DNA of 64,000 bases from positions 448,001 through 512,000 of the forward strand of contig OZ250165.1 of assembly GCA_965238005.1 (NCBI GenBank). The letters run 5' to 3'. Source of the stretch: Longimicrobiales bacterium. Its GTDB lineage: Bacteria; Gemmatimonadota; Gemmatimonadetes; Longimicrobiales; Gaopeijiaceae. A program made the position numbers and the translations under genes. The notes below the pieces were generated by a model. It worked only from the letters and a program-made list of their open reading frames with translations, ran no database searches and was not told where the DNA came from. Within the stretch, counting starts at the first letter, position 1. The number at the start of each line of letters is the position of its first letter. Below are positions 1 to 10,241 of this stretch, one piece after another.

Positions 1-288
1 GGGGTCAAGAAATGGGCAGCGGTAGCTGAAGCAGCGAGAAAATCCATTGTTATAGGAACAGAATATGGACTTGGTAACATAGTTGCTTCAAAGGTGCACT
101 TAGGATGCGCAATCAAAAACGCGGATCCAGTCTTGGAATTCACCGAAATAGTGCTACATGACCTCCTACTAAAGAAACCACTAGAATTGAGGGACGGCTA
201 CATCGAAGTTCCAACCGGACCGGGTATAGGCTGGGAGTTCGATAACAAGAAGATAGAGCAATACACGGTTCATGATTTCCCTGAATAA
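1..288 (+). CDS. Enolase superfamily (mandelate racemase/muconate cycloisomerase-like) protein, C-terminal part, runs off the window
   Basis: Frame 1 is open from base 1 and ends ...DLLLKKPLELRDGYIEVPTGPGIGWEFD, the typical MR/MLE C-terminal motif. Visibly lower GC than the rest of the window. Confidence 0.8.
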   Translation, partial: GVKKWAAVAEAARKSIVIGTEYGLGNIVASKVHLGCAIKNADPVLEFTEIVLHDLLLKKPLELRDGYIEVPTGPGIGWEFDNKKIEQYTVHDFPE

Positions 289-374
289 TCGGGTGTCGTG
301 GTCCGCGAAAACCCATCACGTATTCCAGTCTCCACGAGCTGGGCGCTCGGAGCAACAACCTTTCCCTCGGCTCG

Positions 375-455
375 CTGGTGAGCTTGGCCGCGCTGTTGGT
401 GCCCGCGAAACCTGCAGCGCGGATCGCGCCGGTGATTGCGCTCAGGGAGGAGTAG
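375..455 (+). pseudogene. C-terminal remnant of an ADOP/FtsX-type ABC permease
   Basis: Manual translation LVSLAALLVPAKPAARIAPVIALREE* resembles the 'vPArRAariDPmvALReE' terminus. Confidence 0.6.
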
Positions 456-539
456 TCAGTTCGGGACCCTGAAGCAGACCCGGCGAGTGGCTCGGCTAGG
501 TTCGCTCACTCGAGTCGAGCAGCATGACGAGCTCGTTCC

Positions 540-3500
540 TCAGCGACCGCCTGCGGGGCGAGTGCGCGGGTCCGTTCGCTCTTCCTCATCGTCCTTGTCG
601 TCCTCATCGTCCTTGTCGTCCTTCTCAGGTGGTCTCGGTCGGATCATGCGGATGGACACGCCGCCGAAGAAGCCCGATCCCGATCGCTTCACGACATGTT
701 CGCCATCGAATAGGTAGTCCGTGATCGCTTGATCCCAGGACAACCCGGCCTTGGCCATCAATTCCATCCAGGGTCCGTATACAGTCTCATCGGGAGCTTC
801 CGTCATACCACTCCAGATGGTGACCCGCGGGTTGTAGCCTCCGTTTTCCTGGCCCGTGGAGCCCTTGAGCGGCATCCGGATCAGGACGCTGTCCGTCATG
901 GGGAGGTTGAAGACGTCGGGGTCGAACTGTGCACCGTAGCGTTCGTATTTGGCGTACATGCGTTGGTTGAAGTCGAAGACGTCGCGGTTCGAATTGATGC
1001 TGCGTGTGATGTAGGCGCGGATCTCCATTACGGCGTCTTTGTGCCTCGGGTACTGCGGGCTATCCACGTAGCCGAAGCCGGGCATGAACCAACCCTTATT
1101 TAAGCCGAAATTACGTTCCGTGACGCGTCCGTGCCGAACGAGGCCAGTGTACTCGGAGAAGAGCTGCACGACCTGGTGGGACGGATATCCGTGGGGATTG
1201 AGAAAGATGTCCGGAAGCCACGTTTCCCAGAGTCGACGACGCACGGTCGATTCGGGATAGATAGGATGGTCGGCTCCCCCACCGGACGTCGGGTCCTGGC
1301 CCAGCGATCCGAGGTAGCCCGCGTGCAGGATGAAGTCGGGGGTGATCTTGTACAAATCATAGGCCGTCTGCGCGCCATCCGGATTGGTGAACGGATGGAT
1401 GATCACGTTGACCTTCTTGAGTTGTTCCTCCATCTCAGGATCAGTCAGCAACAACTCGGCGTGCCGCAGCACATGACTCGTCGAGGAGACTTCATTCGCG
1501 TGCTGGCGGGCTGAATAGATCACTGTGGGCTTGAATGTCGATGCCTTTACAGGGGACCAATGACTGGCGGCGATCGGAGTCATGAGGTCCATCGCCCAGA
1601 TGTCCTTACCCAGATAACTACGTCCGGCTCGGTACACCGTCGCCTCTTCGAACGCCGCACCCATCATCCCCAGCATCGCATGGCCCTCGGAGGGCGGAAT
1701 GGGCGTGTCCCACTGCACGATCCGGTCACCGCCGTAGGTCCATCCATCGGGGACCAGGGAGCGCCAGTCGGGGAGAGGAGTCGGTGTTCCGTTCGCTTCA
1801 AGCGTCCCAATGCGACGAGAATCCGGGTCCTGCTCGTGCGTCCACTCGGCCCAGACCTCCATGGAGCCGAGTCCGGCATACGAGAGTGCTGACGTGTAGA
1901 GGCCGGCCCGGCGGAGCGCTTCGATCTCACTCATGGTGGCCTCGACCTGTTCGGCCGAGACCATACGCTCATCGACCTGCCGCTCACGTGTCACGGTGAT
2001 CAGACTGTCCCTCATGTCCCGGTCGGTGTCCACGGCCACGCGCAGGCCGAGATGGGCCAGACCGGCCTGGCCTGCCACCACCTTGGCCAATCGGGCCGAC
2101 GGGCGCGCCAGGTTCGTTTTCGGGATATCCAAGCGGACCTCTCCGGATTCGCCGGCTTCTGTTTCGTAAGTCACGACCACGGCGGGTCTGGACGTTGCAA
2201 AGCCAGTTACGCGAATCTGAGCGATGGCGGCCGAGCCATCCGACTTCGGGTGCATGATGGGGAGGATCCGTCCTGGAAATTGGATTCCCTGCCCGCGGGA
2301 ATTTCGTCCGAGTACGTCGAAGAACTCTATGGTGCCGAAGTAGATCTCCTCGTGCAGCGCGTCCATCGGCGCGTGGATTTCATTGTCGATTTCCAGCCTG
2401 TAGTTCGGCTCACTCATCTCGAGATCCACCGTGAGTTCGCCGAAGAACGGAGAATCCGCGCTGCCGCCTCGGGGAAGTCCTTCGTGGGTCGCCATGACAT
2501 GGTCGTAAAGGCGCGGCAGCACGTTCGCCTGGAAGTGATCCCAGAACGCCTCCGGATCCGTGACGATCCTCTCGTCGGCGAGTAGCCGTGCACCGGACAT
2601 CGCGGTGAGCCATCCCGTGGTCACGCGCACATGTTCGTAGTCCTGGAAGCGGTCGAAGTATGGCCGCAACAGCCATTTGGGATCGAAGGTGTCCGTGAGG
2701 ATTTCCACGCCGTTGAGATCGGTGACCCGAACTCCATAAGTGGGTCCGTCGAGCACTTCTTCAAACCGAATCTGCTCGAGATCGAGATCGAGATCGCGGG
2801 CGAACACCTCGTCGATTGGGAAAATTTCGTGTAGCCAACGCACCGGCGTATGGATCGCCTGTTGAGGCCAGTCTAATGGGGGCTCGTTACGGCGGAATCG
2901 AATGACGATCTCACCGACATCTCGGCCCTCCAGTTGCGGACGCACGACATCGTGGAGCCAGGAGTAGCCCTGCTTGAAGGCAGAGAGAACGGTCACCTCA
3001 GTGCCCTGAGGATCCGCCCCGGCCTCCAGGAGCGCCGCCCGCGCTTCCTCCTCCAGGCGAGCGCGAAGTTCCGGCGGCTCGCTGATACGGGCCTCGACTC
3101 GAATCGGTGACCCCCCTCGGGCGGCAGGGATAACCTTTTCGCGGAAAAGCGCCCAGAAACGGTCGACTTCCGATGGGAGAGTGATCGACTCCTCGAAGAG
3201 CGTTGCAGCGTTCTGAACGTCCCTGTCGTCGATCGTGACCTCCACGCTTGTTAGTTCCAGAGCCGCTGCTGCACGGTTGGCGACCAGAGTCTCCAGGGCG
3301 GGGTCCGCCTTCGCGACAGACATGAGCACAGAGGCCGACGCGAGTTGTTCGTCCGCGAGGTCGGCGAGGATTCGATCGAGCTTGTACAGGCCGATCGCTG
3401 CCTGGCCGATGGGTGAGTTTCCAGACAGGACGTCCCATAACTCCTGCTCTACCTCATCGACGGTGGGGCGATCCTTGCCGCGGTCGGAGAGGTTGGGAAA

Positions 3501-4868
3501 GGTGAGGGCGACCTGCTCGAGCGCCCGCGCCGCACCGTCCTCGTCGGCGCCCGTGATGACGAGCGTGGACTTCGACCCGAACGCGTCGGGGACGAGCTGA
3601 ATGAGACCTTCGCCGGCGCTGAGACCGGCAACGTCGATCCGCGCGCTGTCGGCTAGTCGGTCGGTGAGCCGGTTGTCCGTCCCGACGAGTATCATCGTCG
3701 GCTTCGAGCCCGGACGTAGCAGGGACTCTGCCGGATGAACGAGAGGGACCACCAATCCGGTGGATTCGAGGCCCAGGCGGCCCGCCAGGTCAGGCAGTGC
3801 ATCGATGCTGCCATTGCCCGGCACCAGGATGGCGTCGACGCTGTTTGGAATCGGGCTTCCGCCGAGGAGACCGTCCGACGTGTAGAGGTTGGAGAGGTCC
3901 AGTTCGTTTTTCGCTCCGCTCCCCGGGCGCCCCGAGATCGGGCCGGGTGTGTCGGGCTCGGCGCGGCCGGGTAATCTCATGACCGATCCGCCGGCGATAC
4001 GCACCTCGACCGAGCCGAGGCCAGGGTAGGCGAGGGGATTGGATGGAGCGGCCGGCTCGGCGTCCTCGTCCGAACCCACAGGGGCTTCCGAGGTGTCGGC
4101 GGCCTCAGATGTTTGCGCCGTGTCCGCTTCCTCCGGCTCGGGCGGGACCCCATCGATCTCGGTCAGGAATTGGAGGGCATCCCGAGCATCAGGCGCGTTC
4201 ACGCCCTCGATGTCCGCTACCAGTCGAGCGATGCCGTCTTGCCCCGAACGGGCTCGTGCTTGCGTCAGCCGAATCGACGCCCCTTCGACCCCCGCCGCCT
4301 CCAACGTTGCTTGGAGGTCGCCCCGCACCTTTTCGAGCTTCGCCGTAGACAGTGTTCGTGTGTGCGGCAGTACGCCTGCGAAGAGCCGCGCCGCGGCGGC
4401 CAATCCTTCATCATCACCTCCCAGGACGAAAAGCCACGTCCGCCCCTCGATCTCTCGCATCACCACAGCACCTTCGCCGGAGTCGAGAGATGTCGGATCG
4501 ACGCCTGCGGACGTGATTCCCGAGACCGCCAGCCCACCCCGTCCGATCACGATTGGGATGGCTTCACCCACGCCTCTCGCGAGCGGAAGGTCGAGGGCCA
4601 TCGTCTCGAATCCGAGCCGCGCCGAGATCTCGGCTGCTGCTGCCGTTTCAGCGACCGTGGGCAGGGCACCGAGAACCAGGGAGGCGTTGACGAAGTCCGG
4701 CACACTGTCGTCGTTCGTGTCGGTGAGGAGCACGCCAAGATCGAAGAGTGTCGCGAGATCGGGCGCGCTCTGCTGCGCCGAGGCCTGCCTCGGAGCACCC
4801 ACAAGAGAAGCGACTGCGACCGCGCACATGCCTACGTGCACCGTGAAGAACCGGGTGAAGCCCGTCAT
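540..4868 (-). CDS. Large secreted M14-family zinc carboxypeptidase domain protein (1442 aa)
   Basis: N-terminal signal peptide; C-terminal M14 motifs ARQHANE (HxxE), HPFTNPDG and LNPHGY; acidic tail. Confidence 0.8.
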   Translation of the reverse strand: MTGFTRFFTVHVGMCAVAVASLVGAPRQASAQQSAPDLATLFDLGVLLTDTNDDSVPDFVNASLVLGALPTVAETAAAAEISARLGFETMALDLPLARGVGEAIPIVIGRGGLAVSGITSAGVDPTSLDSGEGAVVMREIEGRTWLFVLGGDDEGLAAAARLFAGVLPHTRTLSTAKLEKVRGDLQATLEAAGVEGASIRLTQARARSGQDGIARLVADIEGVNAPDARDALQFLTEIDGVPPEPEEADTAQTSEAADTSEAPVGSDEDAEPAAPSNPLAYPGLGSVEVRIAGGSVMRLPGRAEPDTPGPISGRPGSGAKNELDLSNLYTSDGLLGGSPIPNSVDAILVPGNGSIDALPDLAGRLGLESTGLVVPLVHPAESLLRPGSKPTMILVGTDNRLTDRLADSARIDVAGLSAGEGLIQLVPDAFGSKSTLVITGADEDGAARALEQVALTFPNLSDRGKDRPTVDEVEQELWDVLSGNSPIGQAAIGLYKLDRILADLADEQLASASVLMSVAKADPALETLVANRAAAALELTSVEVTIDDRDVQNAATLFEESITLPSEVDRFWALFREKVIPAARGGSPIRVEARISEPPELRARLEEEARAALLEAGADPQGTEVTVLSAFKQGYSWLHDVVRPQLEGRDVGEIVIRFRRNEPPLDWPQQAIHTPVRWLHEIFPIDEVFARDLDLDLEQIRFEEVLDGPTYGVRVTDLNGVEILTDTFDPKWLLRPYFDRFQDYEHVRVTTGWLTAMSGARLLADERIVTDPEAFWDHFQANVLPRLYDHVMATHEGLPRGGSADSPFFGELTVDLEMSEPNYRLEIDNEIHAPMDALHEEIYFGTIEFFDVLGRNSRGQGIQFPGRILPIMHPKSDGSAAIAQIRVTGFATSRPAVVVTYETEAGESGEVRLDIPKTNLARPSARLAKVVAGQAGLAHLGLRVAVDTDRDMRDSLITVTRERQVDERMVSAEQVEATMSEIEALRRAGLYTSALSYAGLGSMEVWAEWTHEQDPDSRRIGTLEANGTPTPLPDWRSLVPDGWTYGGDRIVQWDTPIPPSEGHAMLGMMGAAFEEATVYRAGRSYLGKDIWAMDLMTPIAASHWSPVKASTFKPTVIYSARQHANEVSSTSHVLRHAELLLTDPEMEEQLKKVNVIIHPFTNPDGAQTAYDLYKITPDFILHAGYLGSLGQDPTSGGGADHPIYPESTVRRRLWETWLPDIFLNPHGYPSHQVVQLFSEYTGLVRHGRVTERNFGLNKGWFMPGFGYVDSPQYPRHKDAVMEIRAYITRSINSNRDVFDFNQRMYAKYERYGAQFDPDVFNLPMTDSVLIRMPLKGSTGQENGGYNPRVTIWSGMTEAPDETVYGPWMELMAKAGLSWDQAITDYLFDGEHVVKRSGSGFFGGVSIRMIRPRPPEKDDKDDEDDKDDEEERTDPRTRPAGGR

Positions 4869-5070
4869 GCTCGTCTCTCAAGTCCGGTTGGACAATAAGC
4901 GCCGGAAATCGGCGTCAGCGGTGCAACCTACGTGCCGGGGGAGGCTGCTACAACGCCGGCTAACGTGTGAGGTCTATCTCTGTTGTCGCCCTTGCCCTCT
5001 TGCCGTCGCCGCAGGCAACTTGGCTTCGCCGTGTCACAGCCACGTCCCGCCACGATTTGGAGCTCATCGA

Positions 5071-5859
5071 TTGATCTCGCTAGCCGGCAAGACCGCCATT
5101 GTTACGGGTGCGGCCCGTGGAATCGGAGTGGCGTGTTCCCGTGCCTTCGCCGAGCACGGCGCTCGGGTCGTGATGGCAGATCTCCTCGGGGAAACGTGTA
5201 TCGCGACCGCCGCGTCCATTTCCAGTGACACAGGTGTGGACACTCTTGCCGTCCAGATGGACGTCAGTCAGGAGGATGACTGCGAGTCTCTACTAGCGGA
5301 CTGCATCGCACGCTTCGGCCAGTGCGACATTCTCCTCAACAACGCCGGCATCATCGCCCGGGGCTCGATCCTGGATGCGTCCACCGAGGACTTCGACCGC
5401 GTCTTGGCGGTCAACCTTCGGGGGACATTTTTGCTCAGCCGCGCGGTGGCAAACCACATGGTGGATCTCGGCGTCCACGGCACCATCATCAACATGTCGT
5501 CCACCAACGCCGTGGTGACCATCCCCGATCAGCTTCCGTATGCGACCTCGAAAGGAGCCGTGGGGCAGCTCACGAAGGTCATGGCGATGGAGCTTGCCGC
5601 GCATGACATCCGGGTCAACGCCATCGGTCCGGGCTCTATCTCCACCGACATGCTGAACGTTGTCATGGAGGACGAGAGCGCTCGCAGGACGATGTTGTCA
5701 CGGACACCCATGGGGAGGGCCGGGAATCCGTCGGAGGTGGCTTCGGTGGCGGTGTTCCTGGCTAGCGATTACGCGTCCTACATGACGGGCCAAACCGTCT
5801 ATCCGGACGGAGGGCGGCTCTCGCTCAACTACACGGTGCCCCTGCGCGAGGATGGCTGA
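5071..5859 (+). CDS. SDR family oxidoreductase
   Basis: TGAARGIG, NNAG, YATSK and VNAIGPG motifs. TTG start at 5071 chosen because GGAG lies just upstream. Confidence 0.9.
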   Translation: MISLAGKTAIVTGAARGIGVACSRAFAEHGARVVMADLLGETCIATAASISSDTGVDTLAVQMDVSQEDDCESLLADCIARFGQCDILLNNAGIIARGSILDASTEDFDRVLAVNLRGTFLLSRAVANHMVDLGVHGTIINMSSTNAVVTIPDQLPYATSKGAVGQLTKVMAMELAAHDIRVNAIGPGSISTDMLNVVMEDESARRTMLSRTPMGRAGNPSEVASVAVFLASDYASYMTGQTVYPDGGRLSLNYTVPLREDG

Positions 5860-5886
5860 GCCGCGCGGCTCTGCTCGAGTAGACTG

Positions 5887-7974
5887 ATGCCGGAAGCACG
5901 CCTCGCCGTCGACATCGGAGGCACGTTTACGGACGTGGTGCTGGAGATGGACGGCGGCCACATCACGACCAAGGTTCTCACTACGCCGCGGGCCCCCGAG
6001 CTCGGGGTGATGTCTGGCTTTGAGAAGGTCCGGGCGCTCTCTGGCGTCGATCCGGCGGAGATCTGTCTTGTGATCCACGGGACGACGCTGGCTACCAACG
6101 CCCTCATCGAGCGCCGCGGAGCAAAGACCGCTCTGGTGGTGACGTCGGGCCACCGCGACGCGTTGGAGATGGCCCACGAAAACCGCTTCGAGCAGTACGA
6201 TATCGGTGTCGATCGTCCGGCCCCGCTCGTGCCGCGCCACCTTCGCATTCCGGTGGAGGAGCGGTTAGATCGGAATGGCGACGTGCTCGTGCCCTTGGAC
6301 GAGGCCTCTGTGCGCGCCCTGCTGCCCGTGCTCGACGGCAAAGAGGTCGAGTCGGTGGCGGTGGGACTCCTCCATGCCTACGCGAACCCCAGTCACGAGC
6401 GTCGTATCAGGGAGCTACTGCTGGAGTCACGGCCGTCGCTGTCCATCACCCTGGCCTCTGAGGTCTGCCCGGAGGTGCGCGAGTTCGAGCGCCTGTCGAC
6501 GGCGTGCGCAAACGCCTACGTGCAGCCGCTCATGTCCCGCTACCTGCATTCCCTCGCCCAAGCGCTCCGAGACGCGGGCGTCCGGTGTCCCTTCCTTCTC
6601 ATGACTTCGGGGGGAGGCCTCACGACCCTCGAGACCGGGGCCTCATTTCCGATACGGCTCGTGGAGTCGGGGCCGGCGGGTGGGGCGATCCTGGCGAGTC
6701 ATGTCGCGCGCCAGTTCGGCCTCGATCGGGTCATCTCACTCGACATGGGCGGCACGACTGCAAAGCTGTGCCTCGTGGACGACGGACAGCCGCTGAGCTC
6801 TCGTCACTTCGAGGTCGCGCGCAGTTACCGGTTCCGCAGGGGGAGCGGTCTCCCTGTGCGAATCCCCGCGATCGAGATGGTGGAGATCGGTGCGGGCGGT
6901 GGCTCTATCGCGTCCGTGGATACCATGAGCCGGATCCTGGTCGGTCCGCTGAGCGCTGGCTCCGACCCGGGTCCGGCCTCATACGGGAGAGGAGGGGAGC
7001 GGCCTACGGTCACAGATGCCGACGTTGCGCTGGGGAGGCTCGACCCTGACCGCTTTGCCGGCGGCTCTATCCAGATCGATCCGGCCCTGGCGAGAAATGC
7101 TGTGGTGGCCCACGTGGGAGATCCCCTTGGTCTGAACGGCGCCATTGCAGCATACGGCATCAGCGAGATTGTGGACGAGAACATGGCGAACGCCGCCCGA
7201 ACTCACGCCATCGAAGGGGGAAAGAGCGTTGACGGCCGGGCCATGGTGGCGTTCGGCGGCTCGGCACCCATCCACGCGGCCCGTCTTGCCGAGAAGCTGA
7301 ACGTGGACAGTGTGGTGGTGCCCAACCACGCCGGAGTGGGGTCTGCGGTGGGCTTCCTGCTTGCGCCCATCTCATACGAGGTGGTGCGCAGTCGCTATAT
7401 GCGGCTTTCCGCATTCGACCCCCGCCTGGTGGAGGAGGTTCTTTCCGAGATGCTCGCCGAGGCGCGGGCGGTGGTGGCGCAAGGAGCGCCCGGAGCCGCC
7501 ACCTTCAGCACGGCGCAGGCGTTCATGCGGTACGTGGGCCAGGGGCACGAGATCGGGGTGACGGTGCGGGAAGGGCTCCTCGAGGATGGAGTTCGTGGCG
7601 GCGCGCACCTCCGCCGAGCCTTCGACGACGCCTATATAGCGCTATACGGTCGCACGATCCCGGGCCTCGATGTGGAGGTCCTGAGCTGGACGCTCGTGGT
7701 GTCCACGATATCGACGGCGGTCACCCGAGTGGACACACCGCCGCCTTCAGCCTCACCGCCGACCCCGTCGGGCACTGCGGCGCTCATCGAAGATGGCTCG
7801 GAGGGGAGTGTTCAGGCCGATGTTTACGTCCGCTCGGATCTGGAGCCAGGCGTGTCCCTCGAGGGCCCGGCGCTTGTTGCGGAAGATCAGACCACCACGG
7901 TGGTGCCCACCGGCTTCGTGGTCCACGTGGCCACGGGCGGTCACCTCGTGCTGACGAGGACCAACCATGAGTGA
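5887..7974 (+). CDS. Hydantoinase/oxoprolinase subunit A (HyuA-like)
   Basis: DIGGTFTD, HGTTLATNA, ESGPAGG, DMGGTT, GAGGGS and PTVTDA motifs. Confidence 0.93.
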   Translation: MPEARLAVDIGGTFTDVVLEMDGGHITTKVLTTPRAPELGVMSGFEKVRALSGVDPAEICLVIHGTTLATNALIERRGAKTALVVTSGHRDALEMAHENRFEQYDIGVDRPAPLVPRHLRIPVEERLDRNGDVLVPLDEASVRALLPVLDGKEVESVAVGLLHAYANPSHERRIRELLLESRPSLSITLASEVCPEVREFERLSTACANAYVQPLMSRYLHSLAQALRDAGVRCPFLLMTSGGGLTTLETGASFPIRLVESGPAGGAILASHVARQFGLDRVISLDMGGTTAKLCLVDDGQPLSSRHFEVARSYRFRRGSGLPVRIPAIEMVEIGAGGGSIASVDTMSRILVGPLSAGSDPGPASYGRGGERPTVTDADVALGRLDPDRFAGGSIQIDPALARNAVVAHVGDPLGLNGAIAAYGISEIVDENMANAARTHAIEGGKSVDGRAMVAFGGSAPIHAARLAEKLNVDSVVVPNHAGVGSAVGFLLAPISYEVVRSRYMRLSAFDPRLVEEVLSEMLAEARAVVAQGAPGAATFSTAQAFMRYVGQGHEIGVTVREGLLEDGVRGGAHLRRAFDDAYIALYGRTIPGLDVEVLSWTLVVSTISTAVTRVDTPPPSASPPTPSGTAALIEDGSEGSVQADVYVRSDLEPGVSLEGPALVAEDQTTTVVPTGFVVHVATGGHLVLTRTNHE

Positions 7975-9676
7975 ACATTCCATGAGTTCAGCGGACGGAC
8001 CGGCAAACAGGGACGGGCCCGCCGGCCTGGATCTTCTTCACGATCAGATCATGTGGAGTCGCCTTCTCTCAGTTGTCGAGGAGCAGGCCCAGACGCTCGT
8101 TCGCACGGCATTCTCCACGCCCGTGCGGGAAGCCGGCGATCTGTCCGCCGGGGTGTTCGACCTTTCCGGGCGCATGCTGGCCCAGGCCATCACCGGAACG
8201 CCCGGGCACGTGAACGCAATGGCGGAGTCGGTTGAGCACTTCCTGGAGCGCTTTCCGGTGGCGTCATTGAGGGATGGCGACGTGCTCATCACCAATGATC
8301 CCTGGAAAGGCACCGGGCACCTGAACGACTTCACCGTCGTGACGCCCACGTTCCGAAGTGGCGAAGCCGTGGCCCTGTTCGCGGCCACGAGTCACATCGC
8401 CGATGTGGGGGGACGGGGATTCGGTCCGGACGCCCACCAGGTCTTCGAGGAGGGGATCCGCATTCCTATCGGGTACCTGATGCGTGAGGGGCGGGTGGAC
8501 TCGACCCTCATGGACCTCCTGCGGGCCAACGTCCGTGATCCCGATGTGGCCGAGGGGGACCTGTACTCTCTGGTGGCCTGCAATCGCACAGGCTGTGAGC
8601 GTCTAGTTGCGATGATGGACGAATTCGGACTCGCCGAACTGGAGCGCCTTGCAGACTTCGTCATCGAACGGTCACGCCAGGCGATGCTGGAGCGGATCCG
8701 GGAGCTTCCGCCTGGGCGCTACGAAAACCGCATGCGCATAGATGGCTACGACCGTGGCATTGACCTAGTCTGTGCGTTGACAGTTTCTGCAGACGGAATC
8801 GAGGTCGACTTTGATGGCACGTCGGCGATCTCTAATCGAGGGATCAACGTCCCCCTCACCTACACGCGAGCCTACGCTTCCTTCGGAGTCCGGTGCGTCG
8901 TGGGCTCCGAAATCCCCAACAACGCGGGATCGCTCGGCACCATCCATGTCACCGCCCCGCGGGGTACGATCCTGAACGCGCCTCCGCCGTCCGCCGTGTC
9001 GGCGCGTCACGCCGTGGGACAGATGCTCCCCGATGTCGTCCTCGGGTGTCTTGGCCAGGCGCTGAAGACGCCGGTGCCCGCCGAAGGCGCGTCGTGCTTG
9101 TGGAATCCTGTGCTCATGGGCGGAGCGGGGCTCACTGGTGAGCACACCTACGGAGATGCCGAGGCGTTTGTGGTGAACCCCTTCCACACTGGTGGCACGG
9201 GTGCCAGGCCAGGAAAGGACGGCCTTTCAGCGACGGCGTTCCCTTCTGGGGTGAGGAGTACCCCCATAGAGATCACCGAGACGGTGGCCCCCCTGATTTT
9301 TTGGCGGAAGGAATACATCACCGACTCTGGGGGAGTGGGCCAGCATCGCGGAGGCCTGGGCCAGGTGATGGAGATCTCGCACGCGGACGGGGCACCTTTC
9401 ACCATTTCCAAAATGTTCGATCGTGTGAAGAATCCCGCCCGCGGTCGCGACGGAGGTGGTCCCGGCGTCACAGGACGAGTGTACGTTCGCGACGGTGAGG
9501 AGCTTCGGGGAATGGGCCGCGACGTCGTGCCTCCAGGAGGCAGGTTGGTGCTCGAGACTCCAGGGGGCGGGGGGCTTGGTGATCCGGCCGATCGGGATCC
9601 CGCTTCAGTGCGCGACGACGTGTTGAACGGGTATGTGTCGGCTGATGCAGCGAGGGACGTTTACGGGGTTAACTAA
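7967..9676 (+). CDS. Hydantoinase B/oxoprolinase subunit B (HyuB-like)
   Basis: RTAFS, NDPW.GTGHLND, HIADVGG, EEGIRIP, DSGG.G.HRGG and ETPGGGG motifs; overlaps the subunit A stop. Confidence 0.93.
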   Translation: MSEHSMSSADGPANRDGPAGLDLLHDQIMWSRLLSVVEEQAQTLVRTAFSTPVREAGDLSAGVFDLSGRMLAQAITGTPGHVNAMAESVEHFLERFPVASLRDGDVLITNDPWKGTGHLNDFTVVTPTFRSGEAVALFAATSHIADVGGRGFGPDAHQVFEEGIRIPIGYLMREGRVDSTLMDLLRANVRDPDVAEGDLYSLVACNRTGCERLVAMMDEFGLAELERLADFVIERSRQAMLERIRELPPGRYENRMRIDGYDRGIDLVCALTVSADGIEVDFDGTSAISNRGINVPLTYTRAYASFGVRCVVGSEIPNNAGSLGTIHVTAPRGTILNAPPPSAVSARHAVGQMLPDVVLGCLGQALKTPVPAEGASCLWNPVLMGGAGLTGEHTYGDAEAFVVNPFHTGGTGARPGKDGLSATAFPSGVRSTPIEITETVAPLIFWRKEYITDSGGVGQHRGGLGQVMEISHADGAPFTISKMFDRVKNPARGRDGGGPGVTGRVYVRDGEELRGMGRDVVPPGGRLVLETPGGGGLGDPADRDPASVRDDVLNGYVSADAARDVYGVN

Positions 9677-9724
9677 CCGGGGCGGCACATGCGCGACGAC
9701 ACACCTCCTACCTATCGAGAAATA

Positions 9725-10030
9725 GGGATAGGCTTTTTAAAGACCCTTTCCGAGTCCGGCACCCCGTTTGAGCGAGCCGAGTCCTTACCGTTGTGAGGCT
9801 GAGGTGCGGCTGAGGTGCGCGTTCGCCGTCCAGCCATGCACGGACGAGACGATCGGACGCTCACGCCCGAGCGCGATGACCTGATACCTGAGCCTGGGAT
9901 CCACCTTCGGTGGGTACCCCGGGAGCCAGCACCCCGTGATACCGGTGGCGATGGATGCGTGGCGGGTGAATGAGTAGGGCGAGTCGCTCGAGGTACTCCA
10001 GAGGAGTGAGCGAGAGAGCGACGGCGCACG
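9725..10030 (-). mobile_element. IS91/ISCR-family (Y2 rolling-circle transposase) 3' remnant with oriIS-like end
   Basis: LTPLEYLERLALLIHPPRIHRHRYHGVLAP is the Y2_Tnp C-terminal motif; GGTCTTTAAAAAGCCTATCCC (minus strand, 9725-9745) resembles ISCR oriIS ends. Confidence 0.7.
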
Positions 10031-10241
10031 GGCAGCGGCGGTAGGACATGGTCGACGAGATGGGCGGCGGCTACCTTGGTCGACGAGCGAAAGCGCTCAG
10101 GGGTACGTTCCGCGACCCGGGAGGTTGATCATGTCGACACACCGCGATCACCTATGGGGGCGCTAGAGATCCCGAGGCCGGTTCAGTTCCGGGGTGAGCT
10201 TGGATTGGGCCCGAGAGGCCCTGAACCGATGGAGGAGACTC

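Noticed and set aside
584..622. 18-bp tandem repeat
   Set aside because: It is coding low-complexity sequence (DDKDDE) in the M14 protein tail.
4039..5070. Long N-terminal extension of the 606-aa SDR ORF
   Set aside because: It is antisense to the M14 gene; SDR homology and an RBS place the start at about 5071.
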